Virus record (IMG/VR): IMGVR_UViG_3300045988_160012
Source of the DNA: a virus
Strand: one strand, 5' to 3'
DNA length: 64,000 nucleotides
Within the stretch, counting starts at the first letter, position 1. Each line of letters starts with the position of its first letter. Below are positions 10,913 to 25,211 of this stretch, one piece after another. A model generated the notes under the pieces. It was not told the DNA's origin and did not search any database. It was given only the letters and a program-made list of their open reading frames with translations. Position numbers and translations under genes: made by a program.

Positions 10913-11389
10913 TTAAGGGTTAATTCTTATAATCCCTTTACCTGTTTTTTCAGCATATTTCACACAATTAGCAGTTCCACTTTTAGAACCATCCCATACA
11001 GCAATAACTTTGTCAGCTAAATCAACCATATATTCATTTCTTTTTTGCATTAACCAAGGTTTGTACTCTTCATCGGAAACCAACTTCACAATATCTGCTT
11101 TTTCAAGAATGTTATTATATTGGTCAACACTTTCTTTTATCCATTTACAAGAATGATTTTTGCATGGAATTGCACAATGCAACTTAATATCATATCCGTC
11201 AGATTTCAGTTCTAACACAGCTAATGCAAATACTGTATCAACTCCAAGTGCCATACCTGTGATTGCTTCTGTACAATCATTCTCCACAAGAATAGTCTTA
11301 AATTGTTCTTTAAGCTTCTGCCATCGTATATCTGACAGATTATATCCATATAGTTTATTTGGTCTATGACCAGTTACACATATCTTCAT
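10913..11389 (-). CDS. SLOG-superfamily YpsA-like protein (DUF1273)
   Basis: N-terminus MKICVTGHRP and overall YpsA-like pattern (predicted nucleotide/ADP-ribose-derivative binding fold). Confidence 0.5.
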   Translation of the reverse strand: MKICVTGHRPNKLYGYNLSDIRWQKLKEQFKTILVENDCTEAITGMALGVDTVFALAVLELKSDGYDIKLHCAIPCKNHSCKWIKESVDQYNNILEKADIVKLVSDEEYKPWLMQKRNEYMVDLADKVIAVWDGSKSGTANCVKYAEKTGKGIIRINP

Positions 11390-11399
11390 TTATTTCACC

Positions 11400-11663
11400 T
11401 TACTCATCATATTTGTATTTGAACTCGTTTTTATCTTTAGAAGTTTTAAATTCCTTACATAGAGCCAATGTCATAATATTTTGACAACTAGAGTTTGGAC
11501 ATCTAACTGTGCATTGACTAGGGCTTGGATTAGGACATCTTGGAATACAAGCTTCAGACCTTTTAAAAATAAATACTGTACCACATTTATTACAAACACA
11601 ACCATATTCTCTTTCTGGTTTTGATTTTTTGATATGGTCATTATGTATTGCTAATATTTTCAT
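11400..11663 (-). CDS. Cys-rich zinc-binding small protein
   Basis: Multiple CxxC/CP motifs. Confidence 0.3.
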   Translation of the reverse strand: MKILAIHNDHIKKSKPEREYGCVCNKCGTVFIFKRSEACIPRCPNPSPSQCTVRCPNSSCQNIMTLALCKEFKTSKDKNEFKYKYDE

Positions 11664-11858
11664 ATGTTTACCCTCACATCTTCTGAAATATTTTCATATA
11701 CTCTATCAATAATTTCATATACCTCATCCACATCGAAAGTTTCTATATTGGGATATTCTCTTCCATTACAAGTTCCACCATGATACCGATTGGCATTTTG
11801 ATTCAATCGTTTTATTAATTCATTCCTAAATTCTAATGTTGTCATTTTTATTTTATCC

Positions 11859-12011
11859 TTTGCAAGTTATTTCTGGATAATAGTCAATACATGTATCTGG
11901 ATGAAGATATAAAGATGTATCGTGATTAATAATTTTATATCCTTCATCATTACCGAAACAATGATATAAGTATTCGCAAGTTTCACAACAACTATAATAA
12001 ATATCCATGTT
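11859..12011 (-). CDS. small Cys-rich protein (50 aa, not in ORF track)
   Basis: RBS TGAGGTGAAAACATG; ORF MDIYYSCCETCEYLYHCFG... Confidence 0.3.
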
Positions 12012-12039
12012 TTCACCTCATAAAATCTGGATTTTATGT

Positions 12040-12096
12040 GCAAATAGGCACAACATATAGAATATATTGTTTGATGTAATACTATATATTGTGCCT
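12040..12096. repeat. 15-bp imperfect inverted repeat (aggcacaaCatatag / ctatatattgtgcct) forming a stem-loop downstream of dut
   Basis: Read directly; lies between the dut stop (12119) and the next small gene. Possible terminator or operator. Confidence 0.5.
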
Positions 12097-12118
12097 AAAT
12101 TATCAGTAACTTTTTGTT

Positions 12119-12679
12119 TTACTTACTTGTACTTCCAAATCCACCATTTCGAACTGCTGTAGCTTCATCATCTACTGTAATTCCATATTCTGAGAAGATT
12201 CCCTGACAAAAAGCTGTTCCTTCTTTTAATTCAATTGGTTTAGATAATACAGGGTCACTATTGACAAGTTTCATAAACATATGTCCTTCATTATCTGAAT
12301 AATAATAATCAGAATCAATAATGCCGACTGTATTAGCCAGACGAACTCCAAACTTAAATCCATGACCGCTGCGAGGATAAGCCTTTAATACCCATCCATC
12401 ATCCATTTTGCAACGAATACCTGTAGGAACTTTGATAGTATCATTTGGAAATAATGTTGCACTATAAGGCATAAAGAAATCATATCCAGCACTACCGCTT
12501 GTAGCTCTTTTAGGAAGAACAATATCGTCATATACTCTTCTGATATAATTTTCATCCCAATCAGGATAAATGTCCTCAATGGCTTTCATAAATTCCTCAA
12601 AAGATACCTTTTCAAATTTCGCAATTCTCTTCATTCTTATTTTTCCTTTCCATATATTCACAAGGAATATATTGACCAT
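12119..12679 (-). CDS. dut: dUTP diphosphatase (trimeric dUTPase)
   Basis: SGSAGYDFF and RSGHGFKFGVRLANTVGIIDSDY motifs. Confidence 0.85.
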   Translation of the reverse strand: MVNIFLVNIWKGKIRMKRIAKFEKVSFEEFMKAIEDIYPDWDENYIRRVYDDIVLPKRATSGSAGYDFFMPYSATLFPNDTIKVPTGIRCKMDDGWVLKAYPRSGHGFKFGVRLANTVGIIDSDYYYSDNEGHMFMKLVNSDPVLSKPIELKEGTAFCQGIFSEYGITVDDEATAVRNGGFGSTSK

Positions 12680-12777
12680 AATAGTATTTTTTGTTTTTGA
12701 TTTTGCATATTACCATGACTCTTGCTTTATTAGAATCATCTATAGTTCCATGCTTACATTTCTCACATTCATCTGTG

Positions 12778-13272
12778 TTAATCATCTTTCCCATATTGTT
12801 TCACCCATATATTATTTTCTTTCTTCCAAACATTTTGATTACTACTTCCTCTGAAATTTAGCGTTATATCTCTTTTGTCAATTTCAAACTGACCATCCAC
12901 TAAATGTGTACACAGATTCAGCAATGCAGCCATATCAGGATTAGATTGAATTTCTTTGAGCGTGAATCCTGAATAACACCAAATATTATTGTTTGGTATA
13001 TGGATTTTTGAAAGAATGGGTATTAATTCTTTTGCAGAATACATTGGGTCACCACCAGATAACACTAATGCACTTAGGAAGGGTCTTTTGTCAATTTCGG
13101 AATTTATATGCTCAATTACTTTATCAGTAATTTCTATTCCATATTTGAAATCATGTGTTTGAGGTGAGTGGCAACCTTCACAATTATGAAGGCAACCACT
13201 AATAAACAATACACATGAAACCCCTTCTGCATCTGCAAAAGATTCCCAGTCAAAACCAGCAAGTCTTACCAT
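12778..13272 (-). CDS. nrdG: anaerobic ribonucleotide reductase activating protein (radical SAM)
   Basis: CLHNCEGCHSP cluster; immediately downstream of nrdD. Confidence 0.8.
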   Translation of the reverse strand: MVRLAGFDWESFADAEGVSCVLFISGCLHNCEGCHSPQTHDFKYGIEITDKVIEHINSEIDKRPFLSALVLSGGDPMYSAKELIPILSKIHIPNNNIWCYSGFTLKEIQSNPDMAALLNLCTHLVDGQFEIDKRDITLNFRGSSNQNVWKKENNIWVKQYGKDD

Positions 13273-15512
13273 TCAACAATATCCTTTGAATCCTGATAAG
13301 CACTATTCTTCACACGCTCTTGAACTTCTGCTTGTTTTCCATCATTGAAATTGTGCCAATCTGTTGTTAAATACCCTGTAACTCTTCTAAGTTGTTGAAT
13401 ATGTTTGCTATGACACATCGGGCAACAGTCATTAAATTCACCCTGATAACCGCAATCAAGACAACTATCAATTGGGAAATTAAATGCTAAGTATGGAATA
13501 TCTAACACTTTAAAAGCATAATCAATAATATCTTCGACTGCTTTTAAGTTTTTTACAAATGTACTATCAAGCTCTACATAAGTAATACATCCTCCTGTTG
13601 GATATTTACAAAATGGAGCTTCAACACGCAACTTATCATAAATAGATATTTCCTGATATACAGGAACGTGATGTGAATTTGTAAGAAACTCATGAGATGT
13701 TACATTTTTAATAACACCATATTGCTCTCTTAATGCTTTTAATGCTGTTCGACACAAGCCTTCGGCTGGAGTGGCATAACAACTGAAATTAAGGTCATTT
13801 CTTTCTGATGCTTCTGCTGCAAATTCATTGATTCGTTTTACAACAGACAATGCAAATTCATGTACCTTTTTATCTTCTGCATGATTTTTACCAAATAAAG
13901 CAACACACATTTCGGCTATACCAATATATCCGATAGCAAGTGTATTATGTTTTAATGCATTATAAACACTCTCTTTACACTCTTTTGCATCCTGAATAGT
14001 ATTATTCTGATACATAAAAGGTGCAGCTTTAGGCGATTGTTCAATCATGATTTCAAATCTTTCAAGTAACCCCTTTTCACAAAGTTTAAGAGTTTCTTCA
14101 AAAGCATCCCAAAATCCTTTAAGGTCTGGTTCTGTACGTTTTCCTAAACAAGTACCAAACTCAATTCCAAGTTTCGGAAGAATTATTGTATTTGGTACAT
14201 TGTTCCCTCTTCCTTGTCTGATATAACCAAGTCCATGTCTATCATAACCAACGAGTGTTCTGCATCCCATCGTACTAAAATAGGTATCTGGGTTATCTTC
14301 ATCTTCATGGGCTTGCGACCAATCACAATTACACCAGTTTGGATAGATTCTTTTACTCATAGATTCTAATGCAAGTTGTTTTAAATCATAATTGGCATCT
14401 TCTTTATTTGCATTACAACCAACTTTATACTGAAAAATAGAAATTGGGAAAATACTTGTTAAATGGAATTTGCCAATACCATCAATACTTGCTTCTAACA
14501 TCCATCTTGTTACCATTCTACCTTCAGGTGTTGTATCTCTTCCAAGATTGATAGATGTAAATGGAACTTGTGAACCCTGTCGTGATTCCAATGTATTGAG
14601 ATTATGATATAAACCCTGAGCTGATTGAGAACCTTCCTTTTCTAGCATTTCCATAGCATATTTATATGCTTCCGTATGATACTTAGCTTCTTCGTCCTCA
14701 ATTCCAATTGAATCTGGTACATGATTAATATATTCTTCTGATTCATGCTCAACCCACTTTAAACCTTCTTTAAAATGTTTCGAAAAACTCATTCTTACGA
14801 AAGGTGCTAAATCATAATCGAGATGAATCGTTCCAACACCGCCAAACTGTACCTGACTTTGACATTGGAAAGCAACTGCAACAAGTTGACAAGCTGTACT
14901 AAATGATTTAGGAGGTCTTACATCACCATTTCTGGTTTTAAATCCATGTTTAAAAATATATTGAAAATATAAATTCAAACAATTGTGTACCCCATAAATT
15001 GCTTTTTCAAGGTCATGTTGATAAATCAACATAATCTTATGAGCTTCTGCTACTTCTTTAGACAGCCCCTCATATTCAAGTGCGATAGTTTTTCCAATAT
15101 CCGCAGATGCTTCTTTCTCTCTTCCAGAAAAACTCTCTTCGTCAACATTTGCATTTGAATGTTCATTGATTTGAGATTTAGCTCTTATCATTACTTTTTG
15201 AACTAATTTGTTTTTTCTGTCACGAACCACTGTTCGCTTATCCCTATAGAGAATATAATCTTTTGCAACTTCTGGTCTGGAACTTTTCATTAACTTGGTT
15301 TCTACAATGTCCTGAATCTCTTCGACAGTCATTTTATCTTTTGACGATTCAGAAATCTCTTTAGCAATTCGTTTTGCAATATCCTCTTTTTCAGAAATTA
15401 CATTGCCATCTTTTTTTTCTCTTTCGTTAAAAGCCTTCATAACTGCTACATAGATTTTTTCGGAATTGAAAGGGTTTTCTCTTCCGTCACGTTTAATTAC
15501 TGCTCTAACCAT
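13266..15512 (-). CDS. nrdD: anaerobic ribonucleoside-triphosphate reductase (class III RNR)
   Basis: N-terminal ATP cone (VIKRDGRENPF). C-terminal Zn site CCPMCHS followed by the glycyl-radical motif RVTGYLT. Confidence 0.9.
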   Translation of the reverse strand: MVRAVIKRDGRENPFNSEKIYVAVMKAFNEREKKDGNVISEKEDIAKRIAKEISESSKDKMTVEEIQDIVETKLMKSSRPEVAKDYILYRDKRTVVRDRKNKLVQKVMIRAKSQINEHSNANVDEESFSGREKEASADIGKTIALEYEGLSKEVAEAHKIMLIYQHDLEKAIYGVHNCLNLYFQYIFKHGFKTRNGDVRPPKSFSTACQLVAVAFQCQSQVQFGGVGTIHLDYDLAPFVRMSFSKHFKEGLKWVEHESEEYINHVPDSIGIEDEEAKYHTEAYKYAMEMLEKEGSQSAQGLYHNLNTLESRQGSQVPFTSINLGRDTTPEGRMVTRWMLEASIDGIGKFHLTSIFPISIFQYKVGCNANKEDANYDLKQLALESMSKRIYPNWCNCDWSQAHEDEDNPDTYFSTMGCRTLVGYDRHGLGYIRQGRGNNVPNTIILPKLGIEFGTCLGKRTEPDLKGFWDAFEETLKLCEKGLLERFEIMIEQSPKAAPFMYQNNTIQDAKECKESVYNALKHNTLAIGYIGIAEMCVALFGKNHAEDKKVHEFALSVVKRINEFAAEASERNDLNFSCYATPAEGLCRTALKALREQYGVIKNVTSHEFLTNSHHVPVYQEISIYDKLRVEAPFCKYPTGGCITYVELDSTFVKNLKAVEDIIDYAFKVLDIPYLAFNFPIDSCLDCGYQGEFNDCCPMCHSKHIQQLRRVTGYLTTDWHNFNDGKQAEVQERVKNSAYQDSKDIVEW

Positions 15513-15548
15513 ACATTTGTTGTCCTCACTTTCTGGCTTTGCATTTTG

Positions 15549-15624
15549 TGTATAACCTTAATAGTTATATATAAAAATAATTTCGCCCACTATTATTATA
15601 CGAGAATTACCTTAATTTTAGGAA

Positions 15625-15625
<1 letters not shown>
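15549..15625 (-). promoter_or_regulatory. tandem promoter region: sigma70-like element copy 2 (15587-15625) followed by phage 18-bp motif (15549-15566) upstream of nrdD
   Basis: Same ~40-bp element as at 205-248 and 32430-32472; motif TGTATAACCTTAATAGTT. Confidence 0.45.
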
Positions 15626-18223
<2,598 letters not shown>

Positions 18224-18227
<4 letters not shown>

Positions 18228-19144
18228 ACATACCTCGCTTTCTTTATAAAATTATTTTTCTTATAATAAAAGGCATACTGTTGAAGGATTCCAGCTTTAT
18301 CACTAATCATCCATTCAGGCATAATCCCTTTATATACATTGTCAATTATTTGTTGCATATGTGTGTCAATAGGACAAGCTTCTAATTGATGCAAAGCAAA
18401 TAAGCATACACAGTTCACAATCTTGTTTCCAACACCTGTAATCTGTGTAAAAATGGTTTTTGCATAAGGATATACAGACAAATATGTAATATCGTTTTTA
18501 TATGCATATTTCTTATCATTTGTAAGACTCATATTTTTTACAAACCATTTAGCAGCTTCAGACACATAAACATCTCTATATCCCAATCCACAATCTCTCA
18601 GCTCCTCTATTGATACGGTGCTAAGTCTTTCTGCTGTAGGAAAAGCATATTCATTTATAGGTTTATCAGTAAAACCTTCGCCAGAAATCGGATTCCCATA
18701 TCTATAACATAAAGTTTCAACACATTTTTTAATGTTAGGAATACTTTTTCTTTGTGAGATAATAAAGGTTATAAGCATTTCCCATAAATCCTGTTTCAAA
18801 ATTCGGATACCACTACCATATTGAATTGCAGCAGACAAAAATTCATCTGATTTTGCATCCTCTTTTATTTTTGAATAATCAGTATCTATATCAAAATACT
18901 CTTTCCAAATCTCCTCATACTCTTCTTTATCACACGAAAAAATGACAGTGCTTAGATGTTGTGATACTTCAACATATCGCCCAAAAGCTACTATTGAGTA
19001 TGCTCCTTGACCAATATAATTCATTCTAAAACACTGTCCTGATTCTGCGATTTGACCTAAATCCATATCTTTTACTTCGATAGAATACATAATAATCACC
19101 TCCTTATTTTGATGTATAACCTTAATAGTATGGTAAGAAAACAA
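18224..19144 (-). CDS. HhH-GPD DNA glycosylase (Ogg/8-oxoguanine glycosylase-like)
   Basis: GVGNKIVNCVCLFALHQLEACPIDTH matches the HhH-GPD motif with its Lys and Asp. Confidence 0.55.
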
Positions 19145-19211
19145 ACACTTTTCGTGTTTTGCCTATATCTTACCATACTATTATATAGATGTCAAGTAGT
19201 TTTATGTAGTT

Positions 19212-21593
19212 TTAAATCCAAGGTAATTCTTCTGTATCTTCCTCTGTACCGTCTATCTCTGGTTTTTTCTTTTCACTTTTTTCTAATGCCATATATTCTT
19301 CTTCTGGCATTGTAAGCAACAACTCTTGCATATGAGTATGTCTTGTTAAATTTGCTTTCTTTTTGACCGCCTGATTGATGCTGTTTAAAGCTCCTAAATG
19401 ATAACAACCTTCTTTCATTCGTGTTAATCCCACATAGAGCAAATTACTATTTAGCATATAAATATGGCTCTGAGGTGTACATAAAATCACGATTTTAATG
19501 GACGAACCCTGACTCTTATGGATTGTAATTGAGTATCCCAGACTTATCATCTGCATATCTGCACGATAATATTTTACGAATACACCATCAAATTCAATGA
19601 TACAGTAAGATTTATAAATTTCTCTTACAATACCAGTTTCGCCATTGGCAATAAAAGCAGTTGGTACATCTTCTGAAGCAGAATACATATCCTTTTCCCA
19701 TTCGCTAAGATGTTGTAAATCAAGTTCTGCTTTATAGTTGTTGACTTTCTGAATTACCAAATCGCCTTCAAAATAAGTAGTGTCACCAACTTTCATAAAT
19801 ACTTCGCTTCCATAATTCGGATTTGCTACTTTCTGAATCATATTATTAAGAACTATAGTACCACAATCACCTACATTTTTTGCAGTCAACACCTGTATAT
19901 CATCAATACTATATCCTTTTTCTAAAAGCTTTTTATACAACCCTACAACATTTTGGGGAATAACTTCAGATGGAAGGTCAACAAATGTATAGTCTTTGTT
20001 ATCTCCAAAAGTAGTCATTTTAGACTTCATAGAACTTGTTAAATATGGCTCACAAAATCTAACATCTGTAGCCACTTTCATTAAGCCCCCTTCACCATAT
20101 CTAAATACCTTTGTTAATGTGGTTGTTGGAATTAATTTAGTTTCCATAAAGTCATGCAGTAAGTTACCACATGATACTGAAGGCAACTGAGCATTATCGC
20201 CAATAAGCAATAATTTGGTAGTGTTAAAATCAACCGCATCAATTACTCTTTTAAATAACTGAATATCTACCATTGAAAACTCATCAATAATTACAATATC
20301 GCACATAATCTTATGTTCCTGATTATATCCCCATCCCATTGGAGTATAACCTAAACCTCTATGAATTGTAGTGGCATTTTCTTTTGTATAATCCGCAAGT
20401 ACCTTTGCAGCCTTTCCTGTTGGGGAAAAGAGTCTAAATGTCTTATGATGGTCTTTAAGCATATTTATTACTGCCTGTGTACTAAAACTCTTACCAGTAC
20501 CACCAGCACCATTTAAAATGCTGATTGGGTATTTACATACATTTGCGACAGCTCCCATCTGCTCATCAGAAAGTGTTGAACCATTAACTGTTCTATATTT
20601 TTCAATATCACAATCCCACTCATCTTTCTTTGTATGCAACACATATAATATTGTCTGAGCAATCTTATGTTCAAGATTATATGTTCTACTTAAAGCCACA
20701 TCCATTGTATCTTTGTTATAATGAATTTCATCTGCTTTTACCGCAGTTACAAAATGATTGGCACAAGCTGGTACTAATTTCATCATTTCAGCCCTTAAAT
20801 CTGCCAGATTCATTTTTGTATGACCATTATTCTCATTCTCTTCCAACATATAAAGTAAACATGACAAGCATCGTTCTGGACTGGTTCTAAGGTCACTCTT
20901 AAATTCTATAATAGGCTTTTTACCTTTTTCAATATTGGCTTTTGATGCCTTTTCCATATCCAATAAAATACCATCTGCTGTTTTAAATCCGACACCAGCT
21001 AACCCACACAAACATTTGTATGGGTCTTGTGCCAATTTTTCTTTCAACTTTTCGATAGAAGTATATTTTGCATAAATCTTTTTAATCATTGAAAGGTTGA
21101 GAAATCCCTGAAATTCAACAACCAAATCTGCCAAGCAAAAGTTCTCAATGATTTTTCTTTTAATTACTCCAAATGTATATTCTTTAATACCTTTAAGTTT
21201 ATTAAAATCAATATCATCTAAACGATTTTCTTTTACTCTCTGAACAATATCAGGATAATTCTCATAAAGAACTTTTGCCTGATTTGGTGTTAAAATCTCA
21301 CTAAGAAAAAGGTACATATCCTCTTCAGTAGTTGGAACATCTCTTTTAATATTCAACACCTTGTAACTCATTCCATATTTGCCTAGCTGCTCAACAGCAC
21401 TAATTTCATAGGTAACTCCTACAGTTAATTCATGCAGTTCTCCAAGTATCGTCACATTATTGTACTTATTCTTCTTTATGTCTGGATACTTTTTACTATC
21501 CACATCTAACGCAAAAATACGAAAATCAGGGGTATCATAAGTACATCTAACTACTTTTCCAGAGAACTTATATTCTTTTTCTTCTTTACTCAT
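19212..21593 (-). CDS. RecD-like SF1 DNA helicase
   Basis: Walker A NGAGGTGKSF, Walker B IIDEFSM and a C-terminal SF1 region (LTRMKEG). Confidence 0.75.
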   Translation of the reverse strand: MSKEEKEYKFSGKVVRCTYDTPDFRIFALDVDSKKYPDIKKNKYNNVTILGELHELTVGVTYEISAVEQLGKYGMSYKVLNIKRDVPTTEEDMYLFLSEILTPNQAKVLYENYPDIVQRVKENRLDDIDFNKLKGIKEYTFGVIKRKIIENFCLADLVVEFQGFLNLSMIKKIYAKYTSIEKLKEKLAQDPYKCLCGLAGVGFKTADGILLDMEKASKANIEKGKKPIIEFKSDLRTSPERCLSCLLYMLEENENNGHTKMNLADLRAEMMKLVPACANHFVTAVKADEIHYNKDTMDVALSRTYNLEHKIAQTILYVLHTKKDEWDCDIEKYRTVNGSTLSDEQMGAVANVCKYPISILNGAGGTGKSFSTQAVINMLKDHHKTFRLFSPTGKAAKVLADYTKENATTIHRGLGYTPMGWGYNQEHKIMCDIVIIDEFSMVDIQLFKRVIDAVDFNTTKLLLIGDNAQLPSVSCGNLLHDFMETKLIPTTTLTKVFRYGEGGLMKVATDVRFCEPYLTSSMKSKMTTFGDNKDYTFVDLPSEVIPQNVVGLYKKLLEKGYSIDDIQVLTAKNVGDCGTIVLNNMIQKVANPNYGSEVFMKVGDTTYFEGDLVIQKVNNYKAELDLQHLSEWEKDMYSASEDVPTAFIANGETGIVREIYKSYCIIEFDGVFVKYYRADMQMISLGYSITIHKSQGSSIKIVILCTPQSHIYMLNSNLLYVGLTRMKEGCYHLGALNSINQAVKKKANLTRHTHMQELLLTMPEEEYMALEKSEKKKPEIDGTEEDTEELPWI

Positions 21594-21629
21594 TTACATA
21601 TTTCCCTTCTTGGTGTATAACCTTAATTA

Positions 21630-24600
21630 TTATTGTTTTTTAATTACTTCGTACTCTTCAAGAATTGGCTCTTGTTCATCTGTACTTGTCCACTGTCCGT
21701 TAATCAATTTCTTTTTAAAATCCATTGTGAATCCTTCTATTTTTAAAATTGAAAACTCTCCAAATGGTTGTTGTTTGTATATTTTACTTTGTTTGATTCG
21801 GGTTTTTGTTTCTTCACCTGTTTTTATATTACGCAAAGTCATATATGGTTTGGTTTCATCTTTGTATGTCTTGTAATCCACTACAATATAGTAATAATCT
21901 GCCATTTTAGGATTTACATATGTAACATACTCCAAATATTCTTTTTCAAATCGCACCTGTTCCATAATTGACATTGATTCATCGGCAATTCTATTTGCCA
22001 TTTCATTCAATAGACCTACATTATCAATCTGACTATACTGTTTTGCAGTTTCTTTTCCAGCATATTTTTTCACAAGATATTCTGTTAAACCATATTCAGC
22101 ATAGCTTTCTAACTTATCTTTTTTGATTTGACTGCACGTTCTTAATGATGGCAAAATAGTTTTAGGACTCTTTGCTCCTTCTGGTTTCATTTTAATACCA
22201 TTATAAAGTTTGATAATCTGTAACAGTTTTTTATTTTTACCAAATTCAGAAAAGAAGTCTAAGCCTGTCAGAATATTTAACTGTCTATTATTGACAGAAG
22301 TTTTCGCAATATCATCTAACAAATCAATAAATGACGTATATTTCTTTTGTTTAGAAACCTCTAACAATTCCTTTGCAATAATGGAATTACAATATTTTAT
22401 AGATGCAATACCTTTATAAATAGAGTTTGTTTCTCTCTCAATAGCATATTCATCCATAGATTTGCCAAACTGAATAGGCTTAATTTTGATGTCATTCATT
22501 CTTGCCAATTCAATACCATAATTGGTATCATCTTTATTTTCAGCTCTGTTAAGATACGCAGCAACAAATTCTATTGTATAATAGGTTCTCAACCACACAC
22601 ACTCATAACCATTCATAGAATAAGCGGTAGAATGATTATATCCAAATTGATACTCGGATGAATCCTGTACAATCTGTACAAATTGTTTTGCTTCCGCTTC
22701 TGCTTTAACTCTTGGTTGTGATGAATGACTACAATATCCTTCCAGAATCTTAGGAAGCTGTTGCTTTAACAACTCTTTGTCCTTTTTACCAATAGCTCTT
22801 CGTGTAGTATCTGCTGCCGAACCAGTAAAACCACAAATATCTGTCAAGAATTTAATGGTATCTTCCTGAAAAATAAGATAGCCATTGTTACTTGCAAGTA
22901 AATCATCAATTTCCTTGGAAGGGTTATCATTATGCTCTCCAGCAATCATTCTATCCCTATATGATTTTCCTGAAGGTCTAAGAGCTGCATTAACCATACT
23001 CATATGGTTGATAGTATTTGGTTTGAAATCTTTTAACAATGAGAAAGCATAATCACCCTCAAATTGGAATACTCCCTGTTGAGCTGTAATCATATTATGC
23101 CATACCTTTGGGTCATTCCAATTCAATTCGTATGACTTCGGATATGGAATACCAGCATATTTACAAGCATCTTTGATAATACCTACTGTTTTTAATCCAA
23201 GAATATCAAACTTAACATAGTTCAATGAATCTACTGCCTTCATTGCACAAATGGAAACAGGCATTTCTGAATCTCCATCCTTATAGAAAAGTCCAATATT
23301 ATCTGCCAAAGTAATCGGAGAACCGATAATACCACTTGGATGAGTACCTTTTGCAACGATAGTATCTTTCAGACCATTCAAGTAATAGAATAAATCCTGA
23401 TTTTCTGCAATTAATTTATCATATGATTTTTTGATAACGTCAAGCTGTTTTCTCTGTTTTTCTTGTGCAATATGAAGCATATATACTTTGTGATTATCAA
23501 ATGAAATAGAACCTGTTTCGGTTTCTCCATTTTCTACAAGTTCCTCAGTATTTACTTCTTCCTGTACAATTTTGGAATATCTTGAAAAGTATTCATCAAA
23601 TTTGTTCTTGATTTCCATTACTTTATCAAGGTCTTTATATCCTAAACCGCCAGCAAGCACATCAATACATCCTCTATCCTGTAAAGTTGAAAATGCAGCA
23701 ATATAAGCTGTTTTCTCAGGAGTAAATCGTTTGATAATATATGCATAAACTTTTTCTCTATCCTCACCAGCAAAGTCTACATCAATATCACCAAGAGAAA
23801 TTCTATCTTCATTACAGAATCGTGAAAATACAGTATTCCACACCATAGGGTCTACATCGGTAATATTTGTAATAAAAGCAATCATACTACCACATACAGA
23901 ACCTCTTCCTGTACCACAAGGAATATCATTATCTTTAGCCCATGAAATCAACTCTGACATAAACATCATAAATGATTCCATACCAAGCTTACACATAACC
24001 TTAAATTCCTCAATAATCTTTTTCTTATACTGTTCAATTATTTCTGCATCAGTATGTGTATTCGCCCATTCAAGATTTTCTTTATAGTTCTCATAAATTT
24101 CTCTTTCGGACTCATCTGTAGGTGTAATTGGATGTTCTGAAAAATATTCATTACACTCTTTCAATATTTTGGAAGGTAATTTCAACTTTCCATTTCTACA
24201 CTTTTCATCAAAGTTAGTGTAAATCAACTGTTTCCACTGTTCTCTTACATTATCACCATATAATGTAGGATACTTAAATGCTTTATCTAAAGTAAATTCT
24301 TCTACCATATCTGCAAGCACATTAGTATTTCTAATAGCTTCCATATACACTTCTTCTGGTAAACAATTCTGGGCTTTAAATGCAGCAATCAACTCTTCAT
24401 ATGTTTTCCAAGTTAAATCAAATTCGTCCTCTTCACCATAAAAGCTATCTTTGTATTTCTGTAAAATCTTTCTGCACTCTGCTTTATATGGACTGGATGA
24501 ATGTGTATCTGTACCAGCAATAAGCGGAATACCTGTTTTCTTGCTATAGAAATACATTTTCTTATTGTAAATTTTCTGATTTTCACAATTATGATATTGT

Positions 24601-25211
24601 ACCTCTAAGAAGCATCTATGCTTATTTTTCACCATCCATTTAACCAATGTCTGAAAAGCTTCTCTTCTTTCAGCGGTATCCCATTTATTTAATGGTGATG
24701 CTAAACAGGCAGAGGTAATAATAACATTATCACTTGTACCCATAAGTTCTTTCAAAGAAATTCTTGGATTATGATACATATGTCTATCGCTTTTATCTTC
24801 AAGTTTACCTTTTAAGGTAGATACTGAAAGTAATTTATTGATTTCAAGAACTCCATCCCAGTTCCTTGCATACAATCCAATATGACCACCTCTATCATCG
24901 TCCTGTAGCTCAGTACACAAATACATTTCAACACCATGAATATATTTGATACCAGCTTTATCACATTCCTGTTTTTTCTTTATCCAGTCGTAGCAATTTC
25001 CATGTTCTGAAAAGGCTAATGCCTTCATGTTTTGCTTCTTTGCAAGTTTGATATATTCTTTAAACTTAGAACAGGAATCTGCATATCCATTTGCATTAGA
25101 ATAATCACTGTGTAGATGATAAACTGTGTAATTGTCATAGTTGAGAACATTGTATGGAATTGTTTTTTGTGTTACATTATCCATTACATTTCCTCCACTC
25201 AAAATGCACAT
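21630..25211 (-). CDS. dnaE: DNA polymerase III alpha subunit (PHP + polymerase core)
   Basis: PHP-domain motifs YHLHSDYSNA and FSEHGN; the palm GTGRGSVCGSMIAFITNITDVDP (cf. DnaE GxGRGSxxGS); ~1190 aa uninterrupted. Confidence 0.9.
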   Translation of the reverse strand: MCILSGGNVMDNVTQKTIPYNVLNYDNYTVYHLHSDYSNANGYADSCSKFKEYIKLAKKQNMKALAFSEHGNCYDWIKKKQECDKAGIKYIHGVEMYLCTELQDDDRGGHIGLYARNWDGVLEINKLLSVSTLKGKLEDKSDRHMYHNPRISLKELMGTSDNVIITSACLASPLNKWDTAERREAFQTLVKWMVKNKHRCFLEVQYHNCENQKIYNKKMYFYSKKTGIPLIAGTDTHSSSPYKAECRKILQKYKDSFYGEEDEFDLTWKTYEELIAAFKAQNCLPEEVYMEAIRNTNVLADMVEEFTLDKAFKYPTLYGDNVREQWKQLIYTNFDEKCRNGKLKLPSKILKECNEYFSEHPITPTDESEREIYENYKENLEWANTHTDAEIIEQYKKKIIEEFKVMCKLGMESFMMFMSELISWAKDNDIPCGTGRGSVCGSMIAFITNITDVDPMVWNTVFSRFCNEDRISLGDIDVDFAGEDREKVYAYIIKRFTPEKTAYIAAFSTLQDRGCIDVLAGGLGYKDLDKVMEIKNKFDEYFSRYSKIVQEEVNTEELVENGETETGSISFDNHKVYMLHIAQEKQRKQLDVIKKSYDKLIAENQDLFYYLNGLKDTIVAKGTHPSGIIGSPITLADNIGLFYKDGDSEMPVSICAMKAVDSLNYVKFDILGLKTVGIIKDACKYAGIPYPKSYELNWNDPKVWHNMITAQQGVFQFEGDYAFSLLKDFKPNTINHMSMVNAALRPSGKSYRDRMIAGEHNDNPSKEIDDLLASNNGYLIFQEDTIKFLTDICGFTGSAADTTRRAIGKKDKELLKQQLPKILEGYCSHSSQPRVKAEAEAKQFVQIVQDSSEYQFGYNHSTAYSMNGYECVWLRTYYTIEFVAAYLNRAENKDDTNYGIELARMNDIKIKPIQFGKSMDEYAIERETNSIYKGIASIKYCNSIIAKELLEVSKQKKYTSFIDLLDDIAKTSVNNRQLNILTGLDFFSEFGKNKKLLQIIKLYNGIKMKPEGAKSPKTILPSLRTCSQIKKDKLESYAEYGLTEYLVKKYAGKETAKQYSQIDNVGLLNEMANRIADESMSIMEQVRFEKEYLEYVTYVNPKMADYYYIVVDYKTYKDETKPYMTLRNIKTGEETKTRIKQSKIYKQQPFGEFSILKIEGFTMDFKKKLINGQWTSTDEQEPILEEYEVIKKQ